Source: Acanthaster planci (taxonomy: Eukaryota). Taken from it: a stretch of 64,000 bases of DNA. Location of the stretch: positions 2,118,240 to 2,182,239 of the forward strand of contig NW_019091358.1 of NCBI RefSeq assembly GCF_001949145.1, written 5' to 3'. How positions within the stretch are numbered: position 1 is the stretch's first letter; the number at the start of each line of letters is the position of its first letter. Positions 51,801 to 64,000 of the stretch are shown in pieces. A model generated the notes under the pieces. It was not told the origin of the DNA. It made no database searches and saw only the letters and a program-made list of their open reading frames with translations. The position numbers and the translations under genes were made by a program.

Positions 51801-54800
51801 ACGTTTGTGTTCACATCTGCATCAGTGGGGAAAATATTTGTACCTGTGAGTGATTGAATGACAATTTTCGTTCATACGATTGCCACGACTTATGGTATTG
51901 ATTACTGTTCTTTCAAATGGAAGGTAGATTTAGTATTGGAACAAATGCAGTTTACACGAGAGCAATAAATCAATTTCAGGCTACAGTGGGATGTGATAAG
52001 CATTTTTTAGGAAAAATAATTTCATACAAATCAAAGTGCAATTACCTTGGTTTTCATGGACAACCGCCTTTGTAATTGATTTTACTCCCCCCCCCCTTGA
52101 TTCATCTAATTCAATGAAGGATTTTAAAGATAATAACAACAGTAGGGAAATTCGGCAAGGAACTATATTATACCTGTACGTGTAACTCTGCAATTTATTT
52201 CTTTTTGAAGAAAATTTGTAAGCCATGGCCATGATAAATTCTTACCTTATTTTATGAACAGACCTTAAGTCTGAAGAAAAATCGTTCCAATCAAGAGTGC
52301 TCCTATATATATCAATTTCAGACAGTAGGTAATAAATGTTTCGTTATATGCATCTGTAGATTATAAAACGTCTCCAGAGATTCCCTGGCTATCTTGCGTA
52401 TCGGGTGACTACGATCCCAGCCGCCACAGAGTCTAATAAGGCTTTCAAGGGTTATACAAATGGTTTAAGAGAGGGGGCCTTTTAAGCTGAGATCAAGCAG
52501 GGTAGAGACAAACTGCGCCAGAGAACCTGCTCAGCGTGCTCCAGCCTGGATATAAGAGTTGTTATTGCTCTCTAGTGCTTGGTACATACTCGCACACGTG
52601 TCCAGAAACACAATCGCTTTCGTCCTTCTCTCATTTTTTTTTCGTGCATCGCTAATGCTAGTGCCCGTATCTGTCTGAAGATTTCGCGAAATTTATATTG
52701 CCGTACGAATTAACGGCCGCTAGGGTAGGCTACACTGGTGAACGATACGGTTACAAAAACACGGACTTTTGAAAATTAAAATAATGTTGTAGTATAAGAT
52801 ATATCTTTATCCTATTGTCATAGCTGTATTTGTCTTGTAGCCTGATAAAATTGTACCACAGTTTGGACACTGTTAAAGTTTTGGACAGACTTACAGTCGA
52901 GCCAATAGCACGATTAACCCATGACGACTGATAAGCATGATTACATCGCTTGTTTATGCGACATCAATATCAATGTAAGATTGAATACATTGACCCTACG
53001 ACTTGCTATTTGCAGTGCATCGTGCGTTCGGGGCATTTCTACTTTTCTGAGTATGTTGTTCCTAGGCTTACATGAACGAACTCTGCCTTGGGGCCACCTT
53101 GTACGTACTGGGACCGTGACATTTTTAACCACCCACACTTAACCTCCTGAAGTTCTACCGTACATCTTATTTTGATATAACCCGGTTTCCATTACGTTCC
53201 AATGTGTCATTTCAGTCTGAGAAGAAATTCAATGGATACACTCCTCTTTTGGTCTCTTGGTGTCTAACATGTGGAACTCATTACAAGAAACAACGTGATT
53301 GGGACCTCAGATGCTCCCTGACGATCATTTATATTTACCTCCCTTAGTTTTGTACCTGTTGTATATTTTTGGCATTTGCAGTTAACCATTTCGTTGTCGT
53401 TTTCAGGTCAATGGGAGACCAATCACGCTCTGCACCAATTAAGCATGTAATTAAAAACTCTCCGACAGAATGCCGTCCCGGCGAGATCCGGCAATATGAT
53501 ACGGGCTCATGAAAGTTATTGCGGGATCCTTAGAGAATTTTGAACCATGGAAGGGAATTGATCGTGTCGAACATTCGGGGTAGTCTTGCCAATTACGTGA
53601 CCTGATTACAGCCACAACTCATTGATGAGGAGGCGTGTAGACTTACAAGTAGCAACATCTTTTGCTTACACGTAGACCTACAGTTTGCCCCCAGTATACG
53701 ACATAATAACAGCCTTCGTTCCCCGAGCAATATAGAGTATGTTCACGACATGCACTGTGCTCGTGTTAAAGTTTCTGTGTTTTCCTGTTGTTGCTACAAA
53801 TCGAAAACTATAGTTATCCTGTACTAATAATGTGTAGCCTAAAAAGTGGCGCGTACATAAAAATACAAAAACCCTTAATCTTTGCCTTGGCGCAAAATGT
53901 ATTTCAAAGAATAATGGCAAAAAACATTTCTGCATTATATTGCTTGCTTCGTACCATTCAAACACAGGCCTATATAGTATGGCAAATGTGTAAAGGCGAA
54001 CTGAAATACCCATGCACATTAAGAAAACACGACAGTTTGATTATCATTCTTTCAGAGGGGCAGTGGCATACGAATCAGAACAAAGGCACTGCAGTTTCCC
54101 TTGCCCCAAATTTAATCCAATGATAGTCATCAATATCTAAACAAGTCCCTCTGTGAGCACAATTCTTGTTTCTTGCTATTTAAATAAAATATGAATAGAT
54201 AGAAGGAAAAATCCATGCGCAATTTTTCACAAAGGAGCGGAAAATCGTCGCATAATTCTTGCCTGACTTTTCAATGCGCTGTCCTTCATTGAGCAATTGT
54301 CGCAGGTTACTTCGATCCAATTCTAACATGTCCTTGACAATGTCATTGGGCTGTATCTGCCATGTTCGTATGCTTGTTGTGAACCTTCAAAGACACGGAA
54401 CTTCTGTGTCTTCATGTTATTGTGTGCTATTGTGAATATTTTTGGAACGGATTCGTTGAGCGTAAAAACATTATTTTTTTCCACATCTTCAAAATTACTG
54501 ATGACTTTACAGAGCCAAGCTTGAACACGTATGTCTTCATAATATCTAGACCGACCTGTGTACCGAGAAGATAAGTGAAATTTATTTGAAGACGTGATTT
54601 GAATTTATTTTAGTGTACATTTGTTTATGTAAATTAATTTGGATTTGCAGCCATAAGGCTACATTTGAATTTCTTGTTCTCTGATACGGAAATTTATGTT
54701 AAAGTGGTCCTTTGTAGTAGTTTAATTGTGGTTATCGTTGATGTGCATGCATGTCAAGCCTTTCCATTTCAAGCAAACCAGCAGATTACAATGGTTGCGA

Positions 54801-57689
54801 CAGGAAAGTTTTGAAAGCGTGAAAATAACAGCTTGGCTCTGCATTATTCCAGGTCTTTTTCAAGAATTCCGTTTGACTGAGCAGCCTACACTGTGGGACG
54901 AAAACGAAATCCAAAGCTTTGTGGATGTCACACCTAGACACTCGGCCAAACTGGATCAGGCTGGGATACTTTTTTCTTTGAAACCCGACCCTTTACTTAA
55001 TCATTAAATATTGTTGAACTGTCCGGAGATCCTGCTGAACCCACATGAATCGGACATTGTTCGCGGATCAAATAAGGTATCAACGTTGTGAAATCAGAGA
55101 CGTGCTCGTACTTTCATGATCGTACACTCTACACTTACCTCCATGATATGCCACTAAAACGGTGTATGGACGTACCTTTATAATCACCCAAAACGCATTC
55201 CAATTTACAGTGAAGTATTTCTTTGTAGGTCAGGTTTCATGCATGTATAACTAGGTGCGACAGCATATCCAACACAGTTGGCTCTGGGACCCGCCGGGTT
55301 ATGATTGTTAAAGAGATGGAGTAACCCCTCTTAATGAACTCGCGGCTACACATTGCGCAAAGAAATGTTCGGTAAACGGGCCATAGTGTGTATATATATT
55401 ATATGGAGAGGTTGGATCAGAAAGTTTGAAGATGTATAGAAACTGTTTTCCCGGTATGATGCAGGTAAGCTACAGGCAACTAATATGAAAGACGATAAAA
55501 AGAGGTCACAGTCAAAAGACGGATTCATCGCCAATATTAAGTTGAAATAGCCTGAGGGGGTTGGAACTTCTCAGGGTAAGATTGCAGCCAGTACTATTGT
55601 ATGAATCCTTACGATTTTTCAAATATCCTTTCATCGACAGCTGCAGGGTGATGATTAAAGGTCCGGCGCTGAAGATATGGATGCCAAGCGTGCAGAGTGC
55701 AAACAATAGACACTATCGTCTCGGAAAAGTTGCTTGTGTTTGTGTTTTCTTGTGTTTGTTTATCTTGTTTTGCTTTTATTCTTTTGTAAGCAGTTATCTG
55801 TCACTTTTTTATTTGGGGTTAAATTCTATTTAGTTTTGTGCCCTCGTTTTACCGCTTAAATAAACCAACATTAAACATCCACGCCCCACTACCTATCCAT
55901 AATTGGCTGGGTTGAGTTACTGTGTAAGCAGAGCTTGGCGAACTAGTGACCAGTTGAAATTTATACACATATTTATACACATAAAACCCCAGGTGTGAAA
56001 CAAATGGGCTCCTTGGTCTTTCATTATTTATTAAGGGGGCAGGGGGTGATCGAGGTGTGGGAAGAGAGAGGGGTGCGTGTTTTTTGTTTGTTTGTTTTTT
56101 GTTTTTGGTTTGGTTTTTTTCTGAAGTTGGCCAACTCTCAGCAATGGTGACTGTCATCAGGCGGTCGGTTGCTTCTGGCTCTGCTTTCATTAAGTCACCT
56201 TCTCGTTCATCACAATCTGCATGCAGGCGCACGGTCCATAGGTTTTGCTGTCAACCATCTACTCGAACGGGCCTCCCACCAAACGATAAGCGTCCCGAGC
56301 GATATCCATTATGAGCGCGAGGAAAAGGTCACAAGACGTATGCAAGACGTGGACATCCTAACGGAAGGAATTTTTTTCTCATACGATTTTTTTTTCTTTT
56401 CTCCCTGTGTGTTTACCTAAGTCAATCTCGTGCAGGATATTAATGTCTTTCCACAGCTGTAAAAATACCCGGATGATTTTACCTCGGAGCTGCCATACCA
56501 ACTAACCTAATTTTTTCCCCACTTATTGGATGACTTGATCTATAGGGAGTTTTACAACACCAATTTTACATGTGAAAAACATTCAATGCATAATAGCCCT
56601 TTAAACAAAACTGGTTGTTGCCGCTAAATAGCAGAAACATATGGTATCATGTGTGCACCGTCAATAAATTAAATGTTGAAACGTTCGTTTGAAAAAAAAA
56701 CCCATTCTAAGTTGGTGTAACCAGGTTGTGGGGGGTATATTGCTCAACGCTATAACTCCCATGCATACAGTGATAACGGCTTCAAACGTTGCACAGCGTT
56801 TTATAAAACGTGAACAATAATTATACCCCCACTGTTCCAACAAGCAGAGAGATAAATGTATTCCGGGGTTTTTAAGATGACTGAAACCATTTACATCAAA
56901 ATGAAAACTATAGGCCTATGTGTAGGCCTATGTCTTAAATTTTATGAGATTTGATTTAGGTCGTCTAGGTGATGAAGCCAAAGACAACCCATTGTTACAT
57001 GAAATCCGAACAAGGAGTAACTCTTTTGAGTCGTTGATAAATGAATGTACAAAATTAGCCTCTTTGATAAGCTACACCCATAAAAAAATAATGTTTCATT
57101 GCATACTAAATACGATAAATGGAAATCATGATCCTGTTGTTAATGTTGAGGGACCCCAAGTCTTTATTCGTTGTTTAATTTGGCGACTAAACGTCAGAGT
57201 TTATCTACTGAAATATGCACATTTTATCAGTATGAAAGCAAGAAGTCAATCGTAAGATTGACTCAAAACGAACGCATTGAAAGCAAAAATCATCAACGTC
57301 AATGGATTAAAACGCATGCCTTAAAGCACGTAAGGTTGACAGGATAACACGGAATCCAGAATACAATTCCGCATACCTACGGGAATACTAAAGGACCTTC
57401 TGATGGAAATGCCTTGTGAAAGTAGGGTAATAAAACCCGACGTTAAAACTATCTCAAATATGACACAGAATGCTATTACTAGGAAATGATACCATTAAGT
57501 CCTCTTGACATTGCATCTTGACTTCTGGCTGGAGACACAAACAACATATCACAAAGCGCTATTAGAACTCATGACCAGGAAATGATATCATTTATTCACC
57601 TTGAAACTGCAGTGCGGACTTTAAGCTGTAAATCTGACCAAAATGTTCATGAGGATAACGAGTAAGGATTTCACATCGTCCTAGACATC

Positions 57690-57840
57690 ATTGGTCGCCA
57701 AATGCTCCATTATGGTGGCCCTGCTGTCAATTTCCAAAGCATTAAAAAAGATGAGTCTGCTTGACCACACCTCTTGAGGTTCATACAGAAATTTCCAAAA
57801 TCCATCCCCGCCAAAAATTTGGTTCTGGAACCGCCATTGC
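57690..57840 (-). mobile_element. Fragments of hAT-like MITE termini
   Basis: Minus strand CAATGGCGGTTCCAGAACC...GGCGGGG (about 57840 leftward) and CAGGGCCACC...TTTGGCGACC (about 57723 leftward) resemble CAG-start TIR ends. No TSD or pairing established. Confidence 0.25.
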
Positions 57841-58829
57841 CCATTTCTGAGTAAAGATGTAAGGGATAGGATCCAAACTCCCTCTTCTGTACAGAGTGAC
57901 AAATAACAGCATACAAGTTTTCATTATCATTATGAACAGAGAGTAAAGCCAAGAGGCTCTGTTTCTGTGCTTTTCTACATTTACAACGTTTTTACTGGAA
58001 CAAGTTTCACTTAGCCTATGCATGGCTTTATCGTTCCACGTGAAAATAACATCTTCATTGCCAGTTTTAGAACTTTTTATATAAAAATCCTGTTGCTCAG
58101 TTACTTCACATTTATGGGTGTGCCGCTTTATAATGAAGAAGCTCACCATTTGCATAATTTACACACTGTAAAGATCCGTAAGCCTTGTACGGGTAAATGC
58201 ACTTCAGTATATTTACCCAATTTTTTGCAAAAAGTGAAACCGGCGCGGACCATTGGAGTTAATGAGTAATGAACTCAAAATAGGACGACAAACATGCGGA
58301 CTTGCCTCGCATCACGTGCATACTTAACACTGTTGTACTTTCGATATGAGGGTCACAAAGCGGACGAAGGTCTTCCACTGAGCAAAGCGGAGCACAACAT
58401 GTGTAGGATTATGATTGAAACAGCATGCGACTGGCTCATAGATTTCCGATATCTCCATGTCATTCCGGACGCAAGGCAATCACATAAATGTCGAATCCTT
58501 AGGGGGCATAGACTGTCAATGCATGACAGAAAGTTGCGTGACCAACAGAACCTTGAGTTGTTTAGTGCTGTTGTAGTGTGCTCACGAGTACGAAAACGTG
58601 TCTTCCATGCTTGATGATTAATGATGCTTGATTCCATGTGAAGGAGGAGATAGTAAAGTCCTTTTTTTCGCAGGATAATAATACAGGATACTTTAGAATA
58701 ACAGCGCATTCGTAGGTGCCCTTTTACGATGGCCGCTCGAACAGTTATTCTGGTTAAAAGGGGGGGGGGACCGGACAACTCTGTCGTTGATGTGCTAACA
58801 TTCTGTGGGTGCCTGCGCTTAAGCCATGA

Positions 58830-59100
58830 AACTAGCACATCCTTGTTGGTTCTGAATTAGGAATGGGACGCACTTGAGAAAGACAAACCGAAGCCAGACT
58901 CACCATGATTTACAAGGAGTCACATGGGTTGAAATTAAGCAAAATGTAGTTTGGGTACAACAGTTCTCGCCAATCCCTTAGGCTGTCTGGCCAGTATCCA
59001 CTCATGAGACCTCTTTAAAGAAAGATTGTTTTCAAGTACTCCCTTTGCCCCAGAATGATTCCAGAATGGAATCTCTTGCTAGATGAAAATGTAGACAGCT
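58830..59100 (+). mobile_element. Decayed LINE (CR1/L2-group-like) ORF2 C-terminal fragment
   Basis: Frameshifted translation LEWDALE / RQTEARLTMIYKESHGL ... FKYSLCPRMIPEWNLLL resembles the post-RT motifs L.W.TL..RR...RL.M.YK and YSFFPRTI.EWN.LP of invertebrate LINE ORF2. The 3' UTR may extend to about 59400. Confidence 0.78.
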
Positions 59101-59934
59101 TCAGGGCTTTTGAGGTTCAACACCAAATCACCAAATGTGGTCATAGATTTTTTTTCCAACAGGCCAACTTGGCAAAGATTCCATGTAGTCTTCAACCCAG
59201 GCGTACATCACAAGCCTGTAGACTCCCATTGGCTAGACCCCAACCACCGCAGAGTAAAGAGTCTTGAAAGATTGATCACCCCAGGAACCCATAATTGCTA
59301 TCAGGAACTGTATCTCATTATTTACAGTCATGCGCTGACTCGTCGTGGCTGTTTGGGTTTTGACTGGTATTCTTGTACTTCTGCAGCAGCAAAATGAAAT
59401 GTAGATTGAGAGGGAATCCGAGAGATGTATTAGCCACCATAATATAGTCGTACAGGTTCAGGCATGACCGGTGACAAAAGTCTTACTTTGTGGGCGTGGC
59501 TGCTCGAGCTTTCAACCTTACCAAAATCTAGTTCAATAGGCCCATGTTAAAACGTCATGTTGCTGCTGCCACCTTAACCCATCAACTTCACTGTGATAGC
59601 CCAATAGGACGTTGTATACACCTTTGATGCAGAAGCGTAACTTTATATCAGGAGTTCCAAGCAAACACTCGTTCCGAAAAAAGTCTTTCACAATGATTGT
59701 GCCAGTAAACGTTTGCGTTTATAGAATAGACCATTTGCGCCCACTAAGTCACATGACATACAGTGGGTAGCAAACATCAACAAACATGACGTCCTCTCAT
59801 AGCAAAGTCTGTCATAGGTGTCACTTACCAAAAGAAAAATCCGGTAAGGTACTCAGGCTACAAATGTGCTTTATTTTGGTAAACAAGCTTAAAACTCACT
59901 CTGCTGTAGGGGACGCCGTGTTTGTTGATGTTTG

Positions 59935-60108
59935 ATATACGATCTTGCTGGTATTAAGAGACAGTGTGTTGGCTTTGAACCAGGAAAAAACTTTTATAAG
60001 TTCTGTATTAAGAATATGAATCAACGATTGAAAATTTGGATTACAAGAGAAGATTGTGTCATCTGCAAAAACAGAAAAAGTATGAGAAGATGAGTTACTC
60101 AGATCATG
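59935..60108 (-). mobile_element. Decayed LINE reverse transcriptase fragment (CR1/L2 group)
   Basis: Translation HDLSNSSSHTFSVFADDTIFSCNPNFQSLIHILNTELIKVFSWFKANTLSLNTSK contains the catalytic FADDT and the downstream N.EL..V..WF.AN.LSLN..K motif. Confidence 0.88.
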
Positions 60109-62220
60109 GGTTCCTACTCTATGTATTGGCAACGTTACCTAGTGAGCGTAATCAGTGTATTGTGTCTTGCAGGCGTTTTTCAACCAATTCTGTAAAATTG
60201 AAGCGTGCTATTCTGACAAATTAACTTATCTTTGATATTAAATATAAACATAAATATGATATTACATATACATGACGAAAGTTCCTTTTTAAACGTTGCG
60301 CAGGAAGTGGGTTTCAATTAATTCACTGACTTTGGTGTGTATGAATGATGACCACAATTAAAAGCAAAAAGGTTTTGTTTGAATAAGCTTAAACTTGGGC
60401 GTGTTTTAAATGCGTGGCAAGTTCAGGCAGGTACCAGATCAATAGCTAAATGAAGAATGCACATTAAAATCCAGGGAATTATACGGTGTTTTTAGTAAAT
60501 TGGAAACAGGCGAGAAAATGCGTATGTTTGTAGCATTCTCTCACACTATATGCATTAAATAGTGCCTCGATTTCTTAAAAGGCTTTCAGCATGGAATATG
60601 TAAAAGCTTCCTGAAATACCCTTTAGCCACCTTTTCGACATGAGTGCTCTCAATGTACTGAGGCAAATTTGATAAGAAGGGATTGAATATGAATCAATGC
60701 AAAAAGTTCGGGCCATAAAAACATTCAGCTGAAGAGCGTTTGCAAAATTTCCTTAAGATATCTCTATTTTAGTCCATGGTATGGTAATAGCATGCAAAGA
60801 GAAGAAATGACATGAAAGCTTCGACAAATTTGATTCCAATTCTCTTCCCATCTTGCACTCTTTATTGGAGTATAAATTCTTCCGGCGGGTGAATCTCAAA
60901 AGCCTGTACTCGTGCAGAGCAAATAGCTTAGTTTTTTCACCCCTAACAAGTCACTCGTCTTTTTCAGCGAATTACATTTTCAAAAAAGAAACAAGGAAGG
61001 GGACGACAGCTCTAAGAGTTGCCTCAATTGATGGCTGATCAGCCTGAGCACAAGGATGTTTCGCCATGCACTTCATGATTCTTCGTCTTCATGATCTCGG
61101 CGTCTGCTGAGGTACGTCAGCGTCTGCTGATGTCCAAGGTACTTCTAGCTGCAGCTGGTATTCAGTGTCGTTCTATTAAATAAAATGTAATACAACTTCG
61201 AGGGCACTGATTCTCAATAAAGGTCTGAACTGACATTACCTTTCCTGTCTAACACAACGACCGACCTAAAATCTTCCTGGCATTAAATTCCTCAATGACG
61301 TCTTTTTAAACCAATGGATTCGTTGATGCAGTCGTATTTTTTATATTTCGGATGAACATAAGCACAATTTTAGAAGAGTTTTTTTTTTTAGAGAATTAGA
61401 GAGTTTTAGAAGTAGAATTGCCTACTTTGACATTTTTTTCAGTTCACTGCATGTTATTTCCAAAGAGATTAAAACGAGGAGAGCTTTATGGTTTACTTTT
61501 ATGATGTCAACCACATCAAAAAGTATTGGAAATGTTGTGCATGTGTTTAGTTGTTCCAACACTACGTGCTTGTCCAGCCTACAAGCATTCCACAAATGAC
61601 TAGATTTTTGTTTACGTTTTGCCCTATCTGGGAGTCTACATTACAAGTCAGCTGCTGATGATTATTAGTGGTGCTGGCGTTCTTTGTCTAAAGAGGCATG
61701 GCATATGTTGGGAGCATTAACCAAATTAAAAAAAAAAAATTCTGAATACATTCGTAGTAAAATCTACCAACATGCCCTTACAATTCCATAGCATTAGCTT
61801 ACCGCGACTTGTTCTTCCTACTGTCAGTACCATGACCATTGTACCGCTGGCAATATGTTATAACAACAGCTGTACAGGGCTCCCGTAAATAGAAACGCTA
61901 TTCGACACATCCAAAAACAGATCGATAAGGATATATGATGTAAAGTACATAATAGTTACAACTGATCGGCAATCTCATCACATATCAACTTTAAAATAAG
62001 AAAAGAACGTATCAACTGTAAAATAAGACGAGCACGCTTTAAATATACAACCTTGCTATATTGGTGTCAGTGTCAACAATAGCTATTGGCTAATTAGATG
62101 AACTGACCACGTGCAGTTTGCCATTGATGTTTTGCCAAAACGGCTAGCAGAATATTACTAATAAAAATTTCAAAAAGTATTTAGACAGGCACTTTTGAGA
62201 AACCACTGTCGATTTCTGTG

Positions 62221-62256
62221 TGGCGTGACATGGCGTGACGTGACATGGCATGGTGT
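62221..62256 (+). repeat. Degenerate 5/10-bp tandem repeat (TGGCG/TGACA units)
   Basis: TGGCG TGACA TGGCG TGACG TGACA TGGCA TGGTG. Confidence 0.8.
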
Positions 62257-63479
62257 GTATTAGGGTTGGAGAGGGTCATTAACATGTTCTCGATCAGTCC
62301 TTTACAAAACAACCCGTTCGTGATTTTTTAGTGATATTTGGCCAGAATTGCGTGCTTATATTGTGTTCCACAAGAGCTCCGTTTTCATCTATCTGGTATA
62401 GTCATTATTGTTAAAATGGTGTAAAGTGGGCGTTAGGTTCATCATTGTAGATCATGTCATTATAGAGCCGAACTTTGTCAGAGCTGTCCCATATCTGATA
62501 GTTTTTAACCTGGCATGCATAAAAACACCCATTATCAGTACAATGATTTAATTGTTTGGGTCATTATGAAGTTCAAGGCCACACGCTTGCCAGCCCATTT
62601 AGATTAGGCATGGGAAGTGAAAAATTATAGAGTCCTGGGCGCTGCGCAAAAATAGTATGTCAGACTTTCCTGCAAATGACAACAGTTACCTACAAGTCCT
62701 TAACGTTCCTTAAAAAAATCACTTCAACAATATCGAAAAAAATTCGAGGTGGTTGATTTCTGTCCCCACTCCCGTTAAGACTAGGTATCCAACTGATTCG
62801 ATCAGTTATTAACAAAAATGATGGAAATTAGTCAGTACTTTATAAACTGATCCCGTTATATATTTCCCAGAAATATCTGATCTGAATATCGATGAGAGCA
62901 CTTACTTTTGACTTCGAGCCGCACACAAGATACTGTTGAACATACGTTTAAATGCGTCAAGTCATGCTGCCATAAACCCTTGTATATTTTTCTCCTTTTA
63001 CAAATGAATCGATTGGTAATTTTATATTTAAAAACCTATATTGTCTTACTCCTTCCCGTCGAGATGGGCAGCTGCGTATGCAATATGTCCGTTTCATGAG
63101 AGAAAATCCATAATCTTGCCTGGCTTGTTATACCTAAGCAAACAATGATCGATATTTTTACAGTAGCATAAATCAGTCCCGTTATCGAGTTCAACATTCC
63201 GCAGTGGACCTTAGGTCAACTTAAAAGAATAACTAAAGCTGAAAGCCTGCAGACCATGATAAGCTGAGGTTTCAAGTTAGTTGAATGGAGCCATGTACCC
63301 CGATTAGCGCAGTTGTCACAAAAAATCCCTGAATGTCACAAAAGCTAATATGGGAAATTTGGCCTTCCGCACACATCATAAAAATAATGGTTTGCAGTTG
63401 TAACCCCATTGTCCATCTGCTCTGCCATGGTTATTCAAGTAAGCAGTATTGATATGACTTCAAACAGTCCACTACAGAG

Positions 63480-64000
63480 GCGTGCATTCATAATGGCGCG
63501 TTTCGCGCGGAGAACGCTTAGTACGGGTAAAAATTTTATTCGAGAATGTCGACAAGAATCGACATAGAGTTCCAAAGTGTGACGTCACTGTGAACCAGAA
63601 AGTGCCCTGCAAACGAATGGAGTACGCGCTGGTTCACGCGCTCAATGCCTTTTACACACTAAATGTGCGCGTGACGTATTCACTTCGGTACTCTATTCTG
63701 ATTACGGTTCTACGCAGCCCTTCCATATTTCTTTATTCGAGAATGTATCCAGTCCGTAAGTGACTTCGTCACAAAGGCAAACGTGCCACAATTTTCAGGC
63801 TCTAATTGGACAATCGCTGAAGGTGCGCGTTAAATTCCGGTTCCATGGTTCCATGTAAACGGTGATCAATGCATGTAACCCTGTGTGCAGTGCGCGTGTG
63901 CAGTGGGCGTGGTTTAAATTGAAGTGACGTCACAGTTAATACGAACCGGATGGTTTTGCGTACACGCGGAACGCGTGCAAGAACCCGCTTGGAATATTTA
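63480..64000. promoter_or_regulatory. CpG-rich segment with two full CRE palindromes and a GC box (promoter/enhancer, or transposon interior)
   Basis: GTGACGTCAC at 63579-63588 and 63924-63933, GGGCGTGG at 63905-63912, a half-CRE GTGACGT near 63671, many CGCG, and a duplicated 15-mer TTTATTCGAGAATGT (about 63535 and 63732). Confidence 0.4.

Larger units (their letters stand above)
43990..64000 (+). other. Large intron of the GPCR gene, apparently continuing beyond the window
   Basis: Consensus GTGAGT donor at 43990. A by-eye scan downstream found no acceptor-flanked exon encoding the end of TM3 with D/E-R-Y/W. A short divergent exon could have been missed. Confidence 0.65.

Noticed and set aside
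56057..56420. ORFs after a T-rich tract as a GPCR exon
   Set aside because: Neither translated frame in the track resembles TM3-TM7.
59723..59760. AATAGACC-type transposon terminus (also about 18888)
   Set aside because: No matching GGTCTATT partner end found nearby, so no element could be delimited.

Overview
AT-rich, gene-poor eukaryotic DNA with little CpG depletion. It is probably an invertebrate deuterostome such as an echinoderm, but this is inferred from repeat style and gene family only. The only convincing protein-coding sequence is one coding exon (43681-43989, +) of a class A neuropeptide GPCR of the kisspeptin/galanin/allatostatin-A receptor group. It covers TM1 to mid-TM3 and ends at a phase-0 GTGAGT donor at the position of vertebrate KISS1R intron 2. 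I found no following DRY-containing exon, so the intron probably runs more than 20 kb past the window end. The rest is non-coding: two intact MITEs with TIRs and target-site duplications (hAT-type 10906-11072; PIF/Harbinger-type 15095-15740), a one-ended Harbinger-like remnant, two decayed LINE ORF2 fragments in the intron, a near-perfect 66-bp palindrome, candidate regulatory clusters (E-boxes, RFX X-boxes, Otx sites, CREs) and simple repeats. Nearly all other ORFs in the track look like noise. I found no convincing novel multi-gene system; the best leads are the divergent receptor and the palindrome.
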